From contig NC_043000.1 of NCBI RefSeq assembly GCF_006345805.1, positions 81,282,001 to 81,346,000 on the forward strand: a stretch of DNA of 64,000 nucleotides, in the 5' to 3' direction. The notes under the pieces are model-generated. The model was given only the letters and a program-made list of their open reading frames with translations. It made no database searches and was not told where the DNA came from. Position 1 is the stretch's first letter, and each line of letters starts with the position of its first letter. This stretch comes from Octopus sinensis (taxonomy: Eukaryota). Shown here one piece after another: positions 11,300 to 23,383 of this stretch. The position numbers were made by a program, and so were the translations under genes.

Positions 11300-11955
11300 A
11301 ATTTATTCCTACTTAGACATAGATGTTCTGTTAAAACAAACTTTACTGTAGAAGTTACCATGAGAGAAGCTTTGTTATTGGCTTTTTGGTGCAAAAATGC
11401 ACACTTGTTTATATCGCTAGCTGGGAGATAAATCTACTTCCAGCTTCAAGACTACCAGATCATGTGATTTTGACCTTGTTTGGTCTTATCAATGGTGGAC
11501 AATCAACTGTTAGTGACAGCAGTGATTCATCTCCCCATCAGCGATAGATAGATTGACAAAGCCAGGACAGGTGCTGGTGTTGTGATTAGTGAGTTAACTC
11601 ATTAAAAAAATATATTAGAGACAGAAGCAGTAATCATACTGAGAATTGATATTTATTTCCACTTAGATGTGGATATTTTATTAGAACAAAATTTACTGCG
11701 GCAGTTACCATGAGAAAAGCTTTCACATTGGCTTTTTGGTGCAAAATGCACTTTTGAGTATATCACTTGTGAAGAGTTAACTTCCCACTACCTCCAGCAC
11801 CGTGACCACTGATTTTGACTTTGTTTGGTCTTATCATTGATGGACACTCGATCACTAGAAGCAGCAGCGATTCATCTCCCTGCCAGTGATATATAGATTG
11901 ATAATGCCAGGACAGTTGTTGGTGTTATGATTAGCCATGATTAGCCAGTTAGCTT
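11300..11955 (-). repeat. Tandem dimer of a ~350-bp HHR-containing unit (retrozyme/PLE pLTR-like, family C)
   Basis: Units start at ~11300 and ~11651; each carries an HHR-like motif (11452-11498, 11798-11843); third copy at 29670-30000. Confidence 0.75.
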
Positions 11956-12413
11956 ATATATATATATACTGATATGTTCATTCATTTATCTTTGTGGTTT
12001 TACTCTGGGGCTACCCTGAGTTCTCTTTGAAGGGAGAAATTGATTAACAATGAAGTAAAGGCTCCTCTTCCAATGAATGACTAATAAATTGGATAACTTT
12101 CTTTTTCATTTGTACACACACATACACAAACACATGCATGCACACACATACACATACACATGTACATACACACACATACATGCTCGACATGCATACCCAT
12201 GCTACTTCATGCTCATACACGTGTACATATGTAACACATTAGTTTACGCAAAGTAAAAATATATCACATGAGATTTAAGAAGATGGTATTATTAAACAAA
12301 AGAATGACTGAAGAATGAAAAACATAACTCAACCCAAGCAATGTAATTCTTGAATTTAGAAAATTTATCTGTGGAACTATCTCAGTTCTTTGTTTTTGCT
12401 TTGGGGTTTCTTG

Positions 12414-12445
<32 letters not shown>

Positions 12446-12956
12446 GGTGGTGGTGGTGGTGGTGACGGCGGCGGCAGCTGTGGCGGCAGCAATGGTGCTG
12501 CTGCAGGTGAGAAGGAGGGGAGGAGGAGGAGGAGGAGGTTGGGGTTTGTAACACATGAGTTTGAAGGGCAGTACATTGAAGGGCAAGAGTTTTGTAGGAC
12601 AGATATAATTTGTTATCTATGCAAAACAACAACAACAAAAAAGTTATTGGCATACATACAAAGCCATCTGGTCTTCATTAAATCTCAATTCTTTCTTTCT
12701 TAAAGAATATTCCCATGGTTGATTTGACTATCTGGGTAATGTATTATTATATAATATATATACATACATGCACACATACAGGTACACAAGAACATGCATA
12801 CACATACACACACAGGTACACAAAGAATATGCATGCACACATACACAGAGATGTAAGAACATTCTTGTGTGCATATGTATGCATATATATATATATATAT
12901 ATATCATTAGTATATTATAAGCCTGAAAGAGAAGCCCACTCTAAGTTATAGTATAC

Positions 12957-13176
12957 TCTCCTTTTTACTCTTTACTCTTTTACTTGTTTCAATTATTTGA
13001 CTGTGGCCATGTTGGAACACTGCCTTTAGTCGATCAAATCGACCCCCGGACTTATTCTTTGTAAGCCTAGTACTTATTCTATCATTCTCTTTTGCCGAAC
13101 CACTAAGTTACAGGGGTGCAAACACACCAGCATCGGTTGTCAAGCGATGTTGGGGGGAACAAACACAGACACACAA

Positions 13177-13253
<77 letters not shown>

Positions 13254-13302
13254 TATATATGATGGGCTTCTTTCAGTTTCCATTTACCAAATCCACTCAC
13301 CA
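12957..13302 (-). mobile_element. tRNA-derived SINE (OK-like), 5' truncated
   Basis: High similarity to the other copies; internal (CA)n. Confidence 0.9.
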
Positions 13303-13331
13303 AATTACTCAGTAGAGTAATTAGTTAAAGG

Positions 13332-13435
13332 TAGTTATGGCTGGTAAAGTGCTTAACTTTATAGCATCTCTTCAAATCCTAATGGCTGGCTATGGGTGTG
13401 AAGCCCTGGGTAACCCCACAGGCTGGCCATAACTA
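13332..13435. repeat. Rearranged (fold-back) relic of the family A HHR element
   Basis: Ends TAGTTATGGC/GCCATAACTA; left part is the reverse complement of 2524-2568, right part matches 2572-2608. Confidence 0.65.
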
Positions 13436-13466
13436 TATTTATCTAATATGTGTGTGTGTGTGTATA

Positions 13467-13515
<49 letters not shown>

Positions 13516-13599
13516 TAACCATTAATGAAACATTAAACCTGTATTAATGACAGAACTGTGTTCTTGTTGGGTTTTTTTCTCCTATGAACCCCTTACAGT

Positions 13600-14160
13600 T
13601 AATTTCTAGCAACAGTCTCCCTAAATTCATCATAACCATCATTATTTGTTGAATTTCACATTCTCATCTTCAAGATGAAGATTATTATTGACACCAGTAG
13701 CTGCCTCATTTTCATATGAGGCAAATATTTAAGTTACTAATATAAATTTGATCATTAGGTTCATATGTAAATAGTTACAAGTTTATTTTGTTGGTGATGC
13801 ATTTGTATATTGTCTTTGTTTATTTTAATATTGTGCTGTGTTATGAGTAAGGCTTCCAATATTGTTTATATTTGTAGGAAATTTTGTAAAGTGTAAAAAT
13901 ATTATCTACTAAATTCTTCCTAACTAGATTTGTTTTGTATTATGCAGTGCTCTTGTTTGTAGATGCATAATCAGTCTGTAAGACAGAGTTGTATTTGTGT
14001 GGCTAATACAACAGCAGGAGTCATGATGTTTATACCTTTTACATTTACAACCAAATTTAATGATCTCCTTGCATTTTTGTAGCTTGTTCTCAAGTTTAGA
14101 TGCTGTTGGCTTGCTATTGATGATGTAGTTTTGGATTCTAATAACTGCATATTCCAAATG
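13600..14160 (-). mobile_element. Penelope-like GIY-YIG remnant
   Basis: CISHTNTTLSYRLIMHLQTRAL..RKNLVDNIFTLYK..ILEALLI..KINK resembles PLE YIGHTTTTLSRRLTMHL...ILEALLI..INKQ. Confidence 0.65.
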
Positions 14161-14247
14161 GGAAATTTTAAATTATTTCAGGATTGGATATAAATCTGTT
14201 ACATCTACTAATATAATAATGAGTGTAGTGTTTTATATATTTGTATA

Positions 14248-14292
<45 letters not shown>

Positions 14293-14294
<2 letters not shown>

Positions 14295-14657
14295 TCTCTT
14301 TTACTTGTTTCAGTCATTTGACTGCGACTATGCTGGAGCACCGCCTTTAGTCGAGCAAATCGACCCTGGGACTTATTGTTTGTAAGCCCAGTACGTATTC
14401 TATTGGTCTCTTTTTGCTGAACCGCTAAGTGACGGGGACGTAAACACACCAGCATCGGTTGTCAAGCAATGCTAGGGGGACAAACACACACACACAGATA
14501 TATACATATACATACATATATACGACAGGCTTCTTTCAGTTTCCGTCTACCAAATCCACTCACAAGGCATTGGTCGGCCCGGGGCTATAGCAGAAGACAC
14601 TTGCCCAAGATGCCACACAGTGGGACTGAACCCGGAACCATGTGGTTGGTTAGCAAG
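14293..14657 (-). mobile_element. Young tRNA-derived SINE (OK-like), slightly 5' truncated, in (TA)n
   Basis: Many intact CpGs; B-box GGTTCAGTCCC on minus strand; near-identical to 56705-57114. Confidence 0.92.
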
Positions 14658-14789
14658 AATTTGGTAGATAATATTTTTACACTTTACAAAATTTCCTACA
14701 AATATAAACAATATTGGAAGCCTTACTCATAACACAGCACAATATTAAAATAAACAAAGACAATATACAAATGCATCACCAACAAAATA
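14655..14789 (+). repeat. 135-bp inverted duplication of 13784-13918
   Basis: One mismatch in 135 bp by eye. Confidence 0.95.
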
Positions 14790-15576
14790 TATATATGTAT
14801 TTGTCCAGAATCACACCAGACACGGAGGAGGAGAGAAAATAGTGATTCAGGGAAGGAGAAGTAGTGAGAGTAATAGCCCTGACTGAGAGGGAGTGAGAAA
14901 AAGTAATAACAACGAGAGGAAGGAAGTCGTGATAGATGAATAAGGAAGGAAGGGGTGAAAAAAAGTCAGCATTTCAACTCTGTGTGAGTATATGTGTGTG
15001 CATGTACAAGAGAAGTCTGTGAATGTTTGTATGTGTGAGTATTATGTACCTTATTTTGCACCTTATTATACTACAATAAAATACTACAATTAGCCATTAT
15101 TATTGATGGCACATGGTCAGTTAGTATATTCATAGTGAAGAATTGTGAGATTCATTAGAGCATCAGATACAATACTTTGCAGTGCATATTCCTGCTCTGT
15201 GAGTTTTTAGTTCAAATTCCACTGAGACCAATTTTGCCTTTCATCCTTTCAAGGGCAATAAAGTGTCATCTCACAACAGCAGATTGATAGAGCTGTTAGG
15301 GAGTCTGATGAGATGCTTTGTAGCATTTATTCCAGCACTTTGCATTCTGACAGTAATGTCAGCAAAGACACTAGTGTCAGGTTGTTTCAGTCCTTGCTGT
15401 TCACTTGAATAACATTGGTGCCGTGGATATAGTAGAAACTTGCATGCCATAGGCAACTATGGGTTTTGCATAAAAATCCTAACCTGACCTGCACATTGAA
15501 CAGTAACATTCTAGACACAAATCAGTGGCCACCACTGACATTTGGAGTCTTTTGAGATAAACACACACACACACAT

Positions 15577-15626
<50 letters not shown>

Positions 15627-17727
15627 CAACATCACCATCATTTTAATAATGTTAACTTTACCATGAATTCATTGATGCAGATTTTCTTTGGTTGGATACC
15701 ATCCTGCTACTAACTCTCACCTATTTTCAAGCAAAATGATATTTCCCTTTGGCCAGATGTATTTTCATGGAGGCTTAGAGACAAATAGCATCTCTTTTAT
15801 GTCATATTGCATGATCGCAATTACTGCACAATGCTGAGACAAAGAAACACACACATACACAACAGGCTTCTTTCAGTTTCTATCGACCCAGTCCACCCAT
15901 AAGGTTTTAGCTGGTACAGGACTATAGTTAAAAAGAATGATTGCTCAAGATACCAAGAGGTGAGACTGAAATCAAAACCATGTAGTTGGGAAATGAACTT
16001 AACTATACGACCATATCATATATTATGCGTGTGTGTTTGTATAAAAAGATTAGGAGCAGCTAAAGACTTATCTGTCTCCAAGTACTGATATGTAATAAGA
16101 TTAGGTTCTCAAGAAATCCCAGTTTTCAAACAGGTTTTAATCCTCATTTCAATTTCTCAATCAACTAATCAGATTCAACAGAATCTTCATTAGCTTCTAT
16201 AGTTTTCTGATTAACCATTTAATATGAATATTTTAAACTACATTAAGTACATCACATTGGTGATTGAGTAGTTGTAGTGTGTATGTTGGTGTGTTGTGAT
16301 TGTACTGTGTATATTCGTGGTTGTTGTGTATATTTTATGTTGGTGTGTTAGTTGCTATGGTGTGTGTATGTTGGCTTCTGTATTGTACATTTTGGTGTTT
16401 GTAGTGTATATATTGGTTTGTTGTTAGTGGCTGTAGTGAGTGTTGGTGTGTTCGTAGTTGTAGTATGTATGTTGAGGTGTTCATGGTTGTAATATGTACA
16501 CTAGTGACTCTGGTGTACATGTAATGTTGGTCTATTTGTAGCTATAGTGTGTGTATTTTTGAATGCCTGTTATGTATATTGATGTCTTTTGGGCCATAAT
16601 GTGTATGTATGTGTAAAAGAATATTCCTGTGTACTATGTTTGTGTGTTCATGTGTGCAAATGTGTGTGCAGAATTAACTCTTTTGTCTTTTGTCATCTAA
16701 CAAATTGGAGACTTATTTTGAAAGAAAGAAGGAATACATAAATTTTATCAAACATTGCTGTTGTTGAACTAATTAAGAAAAATACTTCATTCCATTTCAT
16801 CACAAATTTATTTCTTTTGATTAATTCTAAAATATTTTAATCACATAATTTTACTGGCTCCAATTAACAAATATAATATTAACCATGAAATAATAATTAG
16901 TTTCATGAAGAATCTTTTTTAAAAAAGCTTTTATTCATGTATTTCTTTCATTGTTTTTAAATTTTACCAATTTATTTCTTGTGTACAAAATCATCATCTG
17001 ACATTCCATTCTAATGCAATCCATCCATCACATGGCATGGCACGACACTCCCTAATTAACTGAACTTCTCTTCCTTAACAAATATTTCTACCACTAATTC
17101 CATTTCCAAAACCGCTGTCTTCTAATCAGGTTGTTCTTATTCTTTATGGTGCTGTTGTTAATTCCAGGTCATCCTTGCTCCTACAGACTAGAGTTTTCCA
17201 TTTATCACCCATCCTCCTTTTCTTTTCAGCTAGTAAGGTGTAATTTAAGGGATATTTTGTGGTAAAGTTAAGTGGCCATGAAAGAAGCTGCCTCATTGGC
17301 TTGTGTAGGTGTTGGTGCCATTGCTCCCACCAATGTTGTTTTTGCTGAGACCCAGGTTAGCTCTGATCAAACTGGTCTACGATAAAAAAAAAAAAAAAGA
17401 ACTACCAGCTATGGCCATCCCATCTTTCTTTTTTTTCGGTAACAGTGTATCTCAAATTCACATAATCTAATGTGACTTTTTAAAGTTGTTAGTGTGTGTG
17501 GTTTGACAGAAAAATTTAGCTGCTATCAAAAGATGCTGACAGCCATGACTAATCTCCTGATCCCACCCAATCTACATACAATTAATCTGCATCGACAGGT
17601 AGACCACCATAGATTAGCTAGCAACAGCATTTTGAGGCTTTCACTCAGCCATTGAATTAACAGAAGTTGAATGGCATTACAGAATGTGTTCTTCACTTTT
17701 TTTTTTCAAGTCAGTAGGGTGATTTGT

Positions 17728-18040
17728 GAAGGTGCATGGCTCAGTGGTTACTGTATCAGGCTTCAAATTGTGAGGTTGTGAGTTCGATTTCTGGACCAGG
17801 TTGTGTGTTGTGTTCTTGAGCAAGACACTTAATTTCACAGTGCTCCAATTCGTTTAACTGTAGAAAAGAGTTGTGATGTCACTGTATTGGTTGTTGCCTT
17901 TCCCTTGGACAACATCAGTGACATGGAAAGGAAAGATTGGTATGTATGAGAAGCTACTGGTCTTCTACAAACAACCTTACCCAGACTTGTGTCTGGGTGC
18001 AATCCCATGCACATTCATGACTGAAAGGGGTCTTTACCCT
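17728..18040 (+). mobile_element. tRNA-derived SINE with central GTGTTCTTGAGCAAGACACTT domain
   Basis: A-box TGGCTCAGTGG, B-box GAGTTCGATTTC; related head at ~51700-51830. Confidence 0.75.
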
Positions 18041-19889
18041 AGGGTGATTTAGTGGCAGTTTTTGTCCATGACAAGTACCCATGAAGTGGTACCATTATTG
18101 ATTGTGTATAATATAAAGTAGAGTGTGGACGATGGGGTTTAAAGTGGTATGGGGTGTAGTGCTGGTGTATAATATATTGCTCTTGTTAATCCCCAGTGAC
18201 TATTCAGCAGAATAGTCACCAAAATTATTTCAACTGTGACCATCCTGCTTTTTTATCAGCCATTTTGTCTACTTTGGACTACATTATCTGATGTGTCAAT
18301 TATTTTAAAGACAGCAATGTATAATTTATGGGATATTTAGCTGTTATTTCTTCAGCAATGTAAAAAATCATCCCTTAGGTCGTCAGGTAGTTTTGTTGTT
18401 GTTGTTGTTGTTGCTCTTGTTATTATTGTTGTTGATCAAGCCAAGAAGATAGGAAGGTATGAAAATGTCATGACCATGTGCCCAGTATTAATACTCCACC
18501 ATCATTACTACTATCAGCCCCACCTCCACCACCATCACCACTCTACCATCACAACCACTATACCTGCATTATGACTACCACCACCAACAACAACATACCA
18601 TCATCCCCATTGTCATACCACCACTACATCCTAATACCTTATTGGCCATACTATTACTACCACCATGATTTTATTTTAATACGATTTGGATTTTAATTGA
18701 TCATTTGTTGACAAATGTTTCTTTTAAAGCTTAAATTCCATCAAATTGATTATAATCTCATTTTAATTATTGTTAAATTCCAGTCCTTCAGTGTTCTTCA
18801 CAGTAATGGAAAAGTTAGCATCCTACTGAATGTATCAGAAGGACCATGTTTTGGCTAGGTTTATTACTAAGAGGGCACATGAAAACTGTGAGTGAAATTT
18901 AGTGAATGAAAACTGTGTTGAAGCTTGTCAGAAAGACTTCCACCATCTGAAAATATTTTTGCTAGCATCTACTTGAGTGTAAGCATTTGGACCAGATCTT
19001 TCATTTGAGGATAACTCACTCACTTCTTCCTACCAGTTTCAAAAACCTTGAACAAAGGGGTCTCATTTAGCCCTCACAAAATATGTAATAAAAGATTTAA
19101 CTAAAATGTGGATTTTTTTTTGTTTGTTTGTTTAATCTGAGGTCAATCCCAGCTGTGCAGACCTATGATGACTATTCTGTCCCCTTAAATGCTATGTACC
19201 TAGAATCACCTTATTTGATATGTCTTTCTCTATTAAAGATTTTAGGGTGCTATTTTGAGGGAGGTTTGACTGTTATTTCTTGTAGATCAATTACATAATA
19301 TGGAGGCCTGTCTGTCAGATTGTGGGTTTTTCAGATTTACAGAAACTGGTTGTTAGAGGTTTTCTTTTCTTCTTCTGTCTGCTAACTTACACTTCAGTTG
19401 AACATGATGTTTTTGAAAGTCCAAAATACCCAAGGTCATTGCTCCACATAGTAATACAGTGGCACTTGAGATCACACCCTTGTCTCCTTCCTTAAAGTAC
19501 AGGTAGAGTCATTTGGACTTGGGATTCTGTGCTGCAGTCTTTTGCTTGAAGGAACCTAGGAGATACCATTATCTCCCAGGTTCAAAATTAATTTGCATTC
19601 ATACCTGGATGCAGGAAAAGCAAAATTGATATCAGCAGGTTGAACTTTGAATATGAAGGATCAGAACTCAACACTACAAAACATTTTGTCTGACACTTTA
19701 ATGAGTCTGCATATCTACAACCTCAAGAGCACAACTACATCTTTTTGAGGATGTGTCTGTTGTTCTGTGAAAGAAAAGAACTGGCTCAGATCTGGATTTG
19801 TTGCTAATTATATAAAAACAACCTTACTAGAGAATGTATCTGCAGCTAATTCTAACAATAATGTCTGATTAAGGGTTAGACAAGTTGCA

Positions 19890-20112
19890 TTAATCATTTT
19901 GTGACCATATTTCTGTAGAAATGCATTGTATTTGTTTCAATTTATTTTGAAAATAATGAAGAATTTAATAAAATAACTTCTGTCACTATTGAGCTGGAGT
20001 TTGAAACAAATTAACATGAAATTTTGATGGAAGGATTAGATCACTTTAAAGCAAGATGTTTGTATCATAGAATCATGGTTGGTCTCAGGCAGATTGGCAT
20101 CAAAGAGGTTAA
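19890..20112. mobile_element. piggyBac-like non-autonomous element
   Basis: Bounded by TTAA on both sides with degenerate TIRs (TCATTTTGTGACCA / TGGCATCAAAGAGG). Confidence 0.45.
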
Positions 20113-20118
20113 ATATAT

Positions 20119-20487
20119 TCTTTTAATCTTTTACTTGTTTCAGTCATTTGACTGCAGCCATGCTGGAGCACCGACTTAAAGGGTTTTAGTCGAAGAACTT
20201 GACCCCAACACTTATTCTTTGTAAGCCCAGTACTTATTCTATTGGTCACTTTTGCTGAACTGCTAAGTTACAGAGACATAAACACACCAGCATCAGTTCA
20301 GTTCTATATTGAAGAGATGAAGAATTATGTACATTATTTACATTATTAAAATTTGACAGATATTTGTCCTCATCTTGTTTGTTGTTAACACGACTTTTTG
20401 GCTGATATACCCTCCAGCCTTCATCAGGAGTCTTAGGGAAATTTCAAACCCAGGTTCTCATTCCTAAGGTATTTTTCAATGTTGGTG

Positions 20488-20536
<49 letters not shown>

Positions 20537-20687
20537 TATTATTATTATTATTATTCAGGTCACTGCCTGGAATCAGACTCGGAATCTTGGGGTTAGTAGC
20601 CTGTGCTCTTAACCATGGGCATATGGTGTAGTGGTTAAGATCGTGGGCTACCAACCCCAAGATTCCGAGTTCGATTCCAGGCAGTAA

Positions 20688-20743
<56 letters not shown>

Positions 20744-20855
20744 TAGAAAAATATCTTAGGAATGGGAACCTAGGTTCAAAATTTCCCCAAGACACCTGAT
20801 GAAGGCTAGAGGGTATATCAGCCGAAATGTTTGGCAATGGCAGGGAATCAAGCAG

Positions 20856-20915
<60 letters not shown>

Positions 20916-21060
20916 GACAGGCTTCTTTCAGTTTCCCTCTACCAAATCCACTTACAAGGTTATAGTAAATGAAATTTGCCCAAGGTACCATGCAGTGGGA
21001 CTGAACCCAGGATCATGTGGTTGAGAAGCAAGCTTCTTATCATACAGCCATGCCTGCACC
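20119..21060 (-). mobile_element. OK-like SINE split by the fold-back insertion at 20298-20831
   Basis: 3' half 20119-20297 and 5' half ~20832-21060 join into one collinear copy. Confidence 0.85.
20298..20831. mobile_element. Head-to-head pair of tRNA-headed, hammerhead-carrying short elements (family D)
   Basis: Inverted arms centred at ~20616-20630; A-box TGGTGTAGTGG (20624), B-box GAGTTCGATTCC (20667), trinucleotide tract, HHR motifs at 20791-20831 (+) and 20387-20432 (-). Confidence 0.85.
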
Positions 21061-21989
21061 TATGATAAAAATCTAAAGGTACTGTTGCAGTTGTTGCTGT
21101 TTCATTCCTCAGTAGCCCTTCATCCAGATGGTCTGTAATATTCCAACCATTATTTTTTATACTTTCGGGGTCACCAAAATAAGTATCAGTTGAGCACAGG
21201 GATCAAATCAATAGAATTAACCCCACCTGCAAAATTGCTGGTCTTCTACCAAAATTTGAAACCGATATTCCAGCCATTATAATATCAAACTTGTTTTCAG
21301 ACATTATTTATCTGAGATTACATTCTCAAATATTCCTTTCCTTTTAATATTGTACAGTGCCAAATCTTCAATGCACTGAAGGAGATTTGGCAGCTCTTTC
21401 TAGCCAGTTAGGTAACCATGTAGAATTACCCATGGCTAAGTGTATATGTTAGGGGAAGTAGGGAAGAAGGGAGCAACCAGTGAGATAGATTTGTTGCTAT
21501 GACAAGGTGAGTTGGTAGACCAATTCATCACAGAATATAAATGGAATGGTTAAGATAGGGTTAGATGGTTACCATTATCAAAGAAAAATATTTCTTTGGA
21601 AATATTCTCAGATGAAAGAGATGCTGCTCTGAGGGACTGAGAAGATAAATGTTTCTTTGATGGTTTCACCTGGGAGATATTTCTGGTGAACCAAATATGA
21701 AGATATTGACCAAAATATACCAAATGCTATCAAAAAACATGATTAACTCTTGAAGACACCGTAAACTTTTGAAACACTTGTGTAAGATTAATGATTTATT
21801 TAACAAACACAGTTCTACATCATACAGTTATAACTGTCAATGCACACATATGTACTATCACTTAGCAATAGTTCATGGAATATGATTTTGATGGTTAATT
21901 ATAAGCAGTGTAAAGGAATAGGGTGGTCAATAGATGCAACAGGGATGGGGTGGGGATCAGCAGGGAATAGAGGGGTTCAAAAGAAGAAA

Positions 21990-22507
21990 TGGTCATCATT
22001 GTTATCACCTTAGTCATGGTCATTATGATTATTGCCATCGTTGACATTGATATCACCCTTGATGTAATCATCATCATGATTATCATGTTCTGGTTGTCAT
22101 CATCATCATCACTGTTATCATAAACATTATCCTCATCATCATTGTCCATATAATCATCATCATTAACATTATCAGTGTTTCTACAATTATCAGCATTAAC
22201 ACAACCACTATGTGCTACCACCTCCTCCTCCTCCTCCTCATCATCATCATCATCATCATGTCTTGGCAGACGCCATTATTATCATTTTCACCATCATTAC
22301 AATCATCATAATTATTGTTTTGGATGTCATCATCATCACTATTATTATAATGGTTATCCTCATCATCACTGTCCATATAATCATTGTCAACATTATCAGT
22401 GTTTCCACAATTATCTTCAATAGTAACATATTCACTATATACCACCTTCCTCCTCCTCCTCCTCCTCCTCATCATCATCATCATCATCGTCGTCGTCGTC
22501 GTCGTCG

Positions 22508-22543
<36 letters not shown>

Positions 22544-22600
22544 CCGTCATGATGTCTTGGCAGACATGATCATTATTATTTTTACCATCATCATCATCTT
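21990..22600. repeat. Degenerate (CAT)n/(CCT)n region with internal tandem duplication
   Basis: TTATCCTCATCATCA.TGTCCATATAATCAT..AACATTATCAGTGTTT and ATGTCTTGGCAGAC each occur twice. Confidence 0.85.
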
Positions 22601-22717
22601 TTTTTATGCTCTGATATTATACATATAGGCTAATTCTGAAACAGTACATAACCATACCCTCTCCTTGGAATATTGTGGACTGCATTGGTGGATAAAATTT
22701 CTTTATTTGTGTATTAA

Positions 22718-22775
22718 GGCTACCATTGGTTTCATGTTAAAAAGATATCTTAATATCCTAACAATTTTTCAAGCT
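22718..22775 (-). ncRNA. Degenerate PLE-type HHR motif, family E, with partial inverted copy at 23381-23442
   Basis: Minus strand AGC-TTGAAAA-AT-TGTTAGGA..TTTTAACA-T-GAAA-CCAATGG-TA-GCC. Confidence 0.55.
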
Positions 22776-22884
22776 GATCACATGGAGGAATGGTGTTCAT
22801 CTCCATTTTGGATGAAAACACACAACATCCAAAATGGAGACAAACATCATTCCTCCATGCGATCGGCTTGAAAAATTGTTGTGA

Positions 22885-23383
22885 AATCAAAATCAAATTC
22901 AATAACAGCACTGCATGACTGGCATCCGTGCTAGTGGAGCACTAAGAGCACCATCCGAGCGTGATCGTTGCCAGGACTGCAGACTGGCCCCCGTGTCGGT
23001 GACACGTAAAAAGCACCATTCGAGCATGAGCGTTACCAGCATCTCCTTACTGGCACTTGTGCTGGTGGTACATGAAAAACAACATTCAAGCAAAGGTGTT
23101 GCCAGTGCCGCTGGACTGGCTCCTGCTCAGGTGATACGTAAAAACACCATTTGAGCACGGCCGTTGCCAGTACTGCCTGACTGGCCCTCGTGCCAGTGGC
23201 ACGTAAAATCACCCACTACACTCTCAGAGTGGTTGGCGTTAGGAAGGGCATCCAGCTGCAGAAACTCTGCCAGATCAGATTGGAGCCTGGTGCAGCCATC
23301 TGGCTCGCCGGTCCCCAGTCAAACCATCCAATCCATGCCAGCATGGCAAGTGGATATTAAATGATGATGACGATGATGATGAT
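22885..23383 (+). mobile_element. RTE-LINE 3' UTR (young, with internal subrepeats)
   Basis: Repeated GCCAGTG..GACTGGC..CACGTAAAAAGCACC units; GTTAGGAAGGGCATCCAGCTG; (GAT)n tail. Confidence 0.85.

Larger units (their letters stand above)
17155..21430 (-). repeat. Cluster of old SINE-like repeats with (AAC)n-type tail (copies near 17155, 17340, 18185, 19135, 21090)
   Basis: Shared plus-strand CCAGGTCA..CCAGCTGTGACCATCC..GGACTACATTATC..GAGGGAGATTTGGCTGCTATTTCTAG; further relatives near 50330 (opposite strand) and 63760. Confidence 0.6.

Noticed and set aside
12264-12703. PolyH/Q/G/P ORFs and a CAG|GTGAGA donor-like site
   Set aside because: Compound trinucleotide microsatellite; no recognisable protein context
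20617-20692. Possible tRNA gene
   Set aside because: A/B boxes are present but no proper acceptor stem or terminator; it is the head of a repeat element
21470-21515. Donor-like CAAG|GTGAGT
   Set aside because: No upstream acceptor or supportable reading frame; expected by chance in 64 kb
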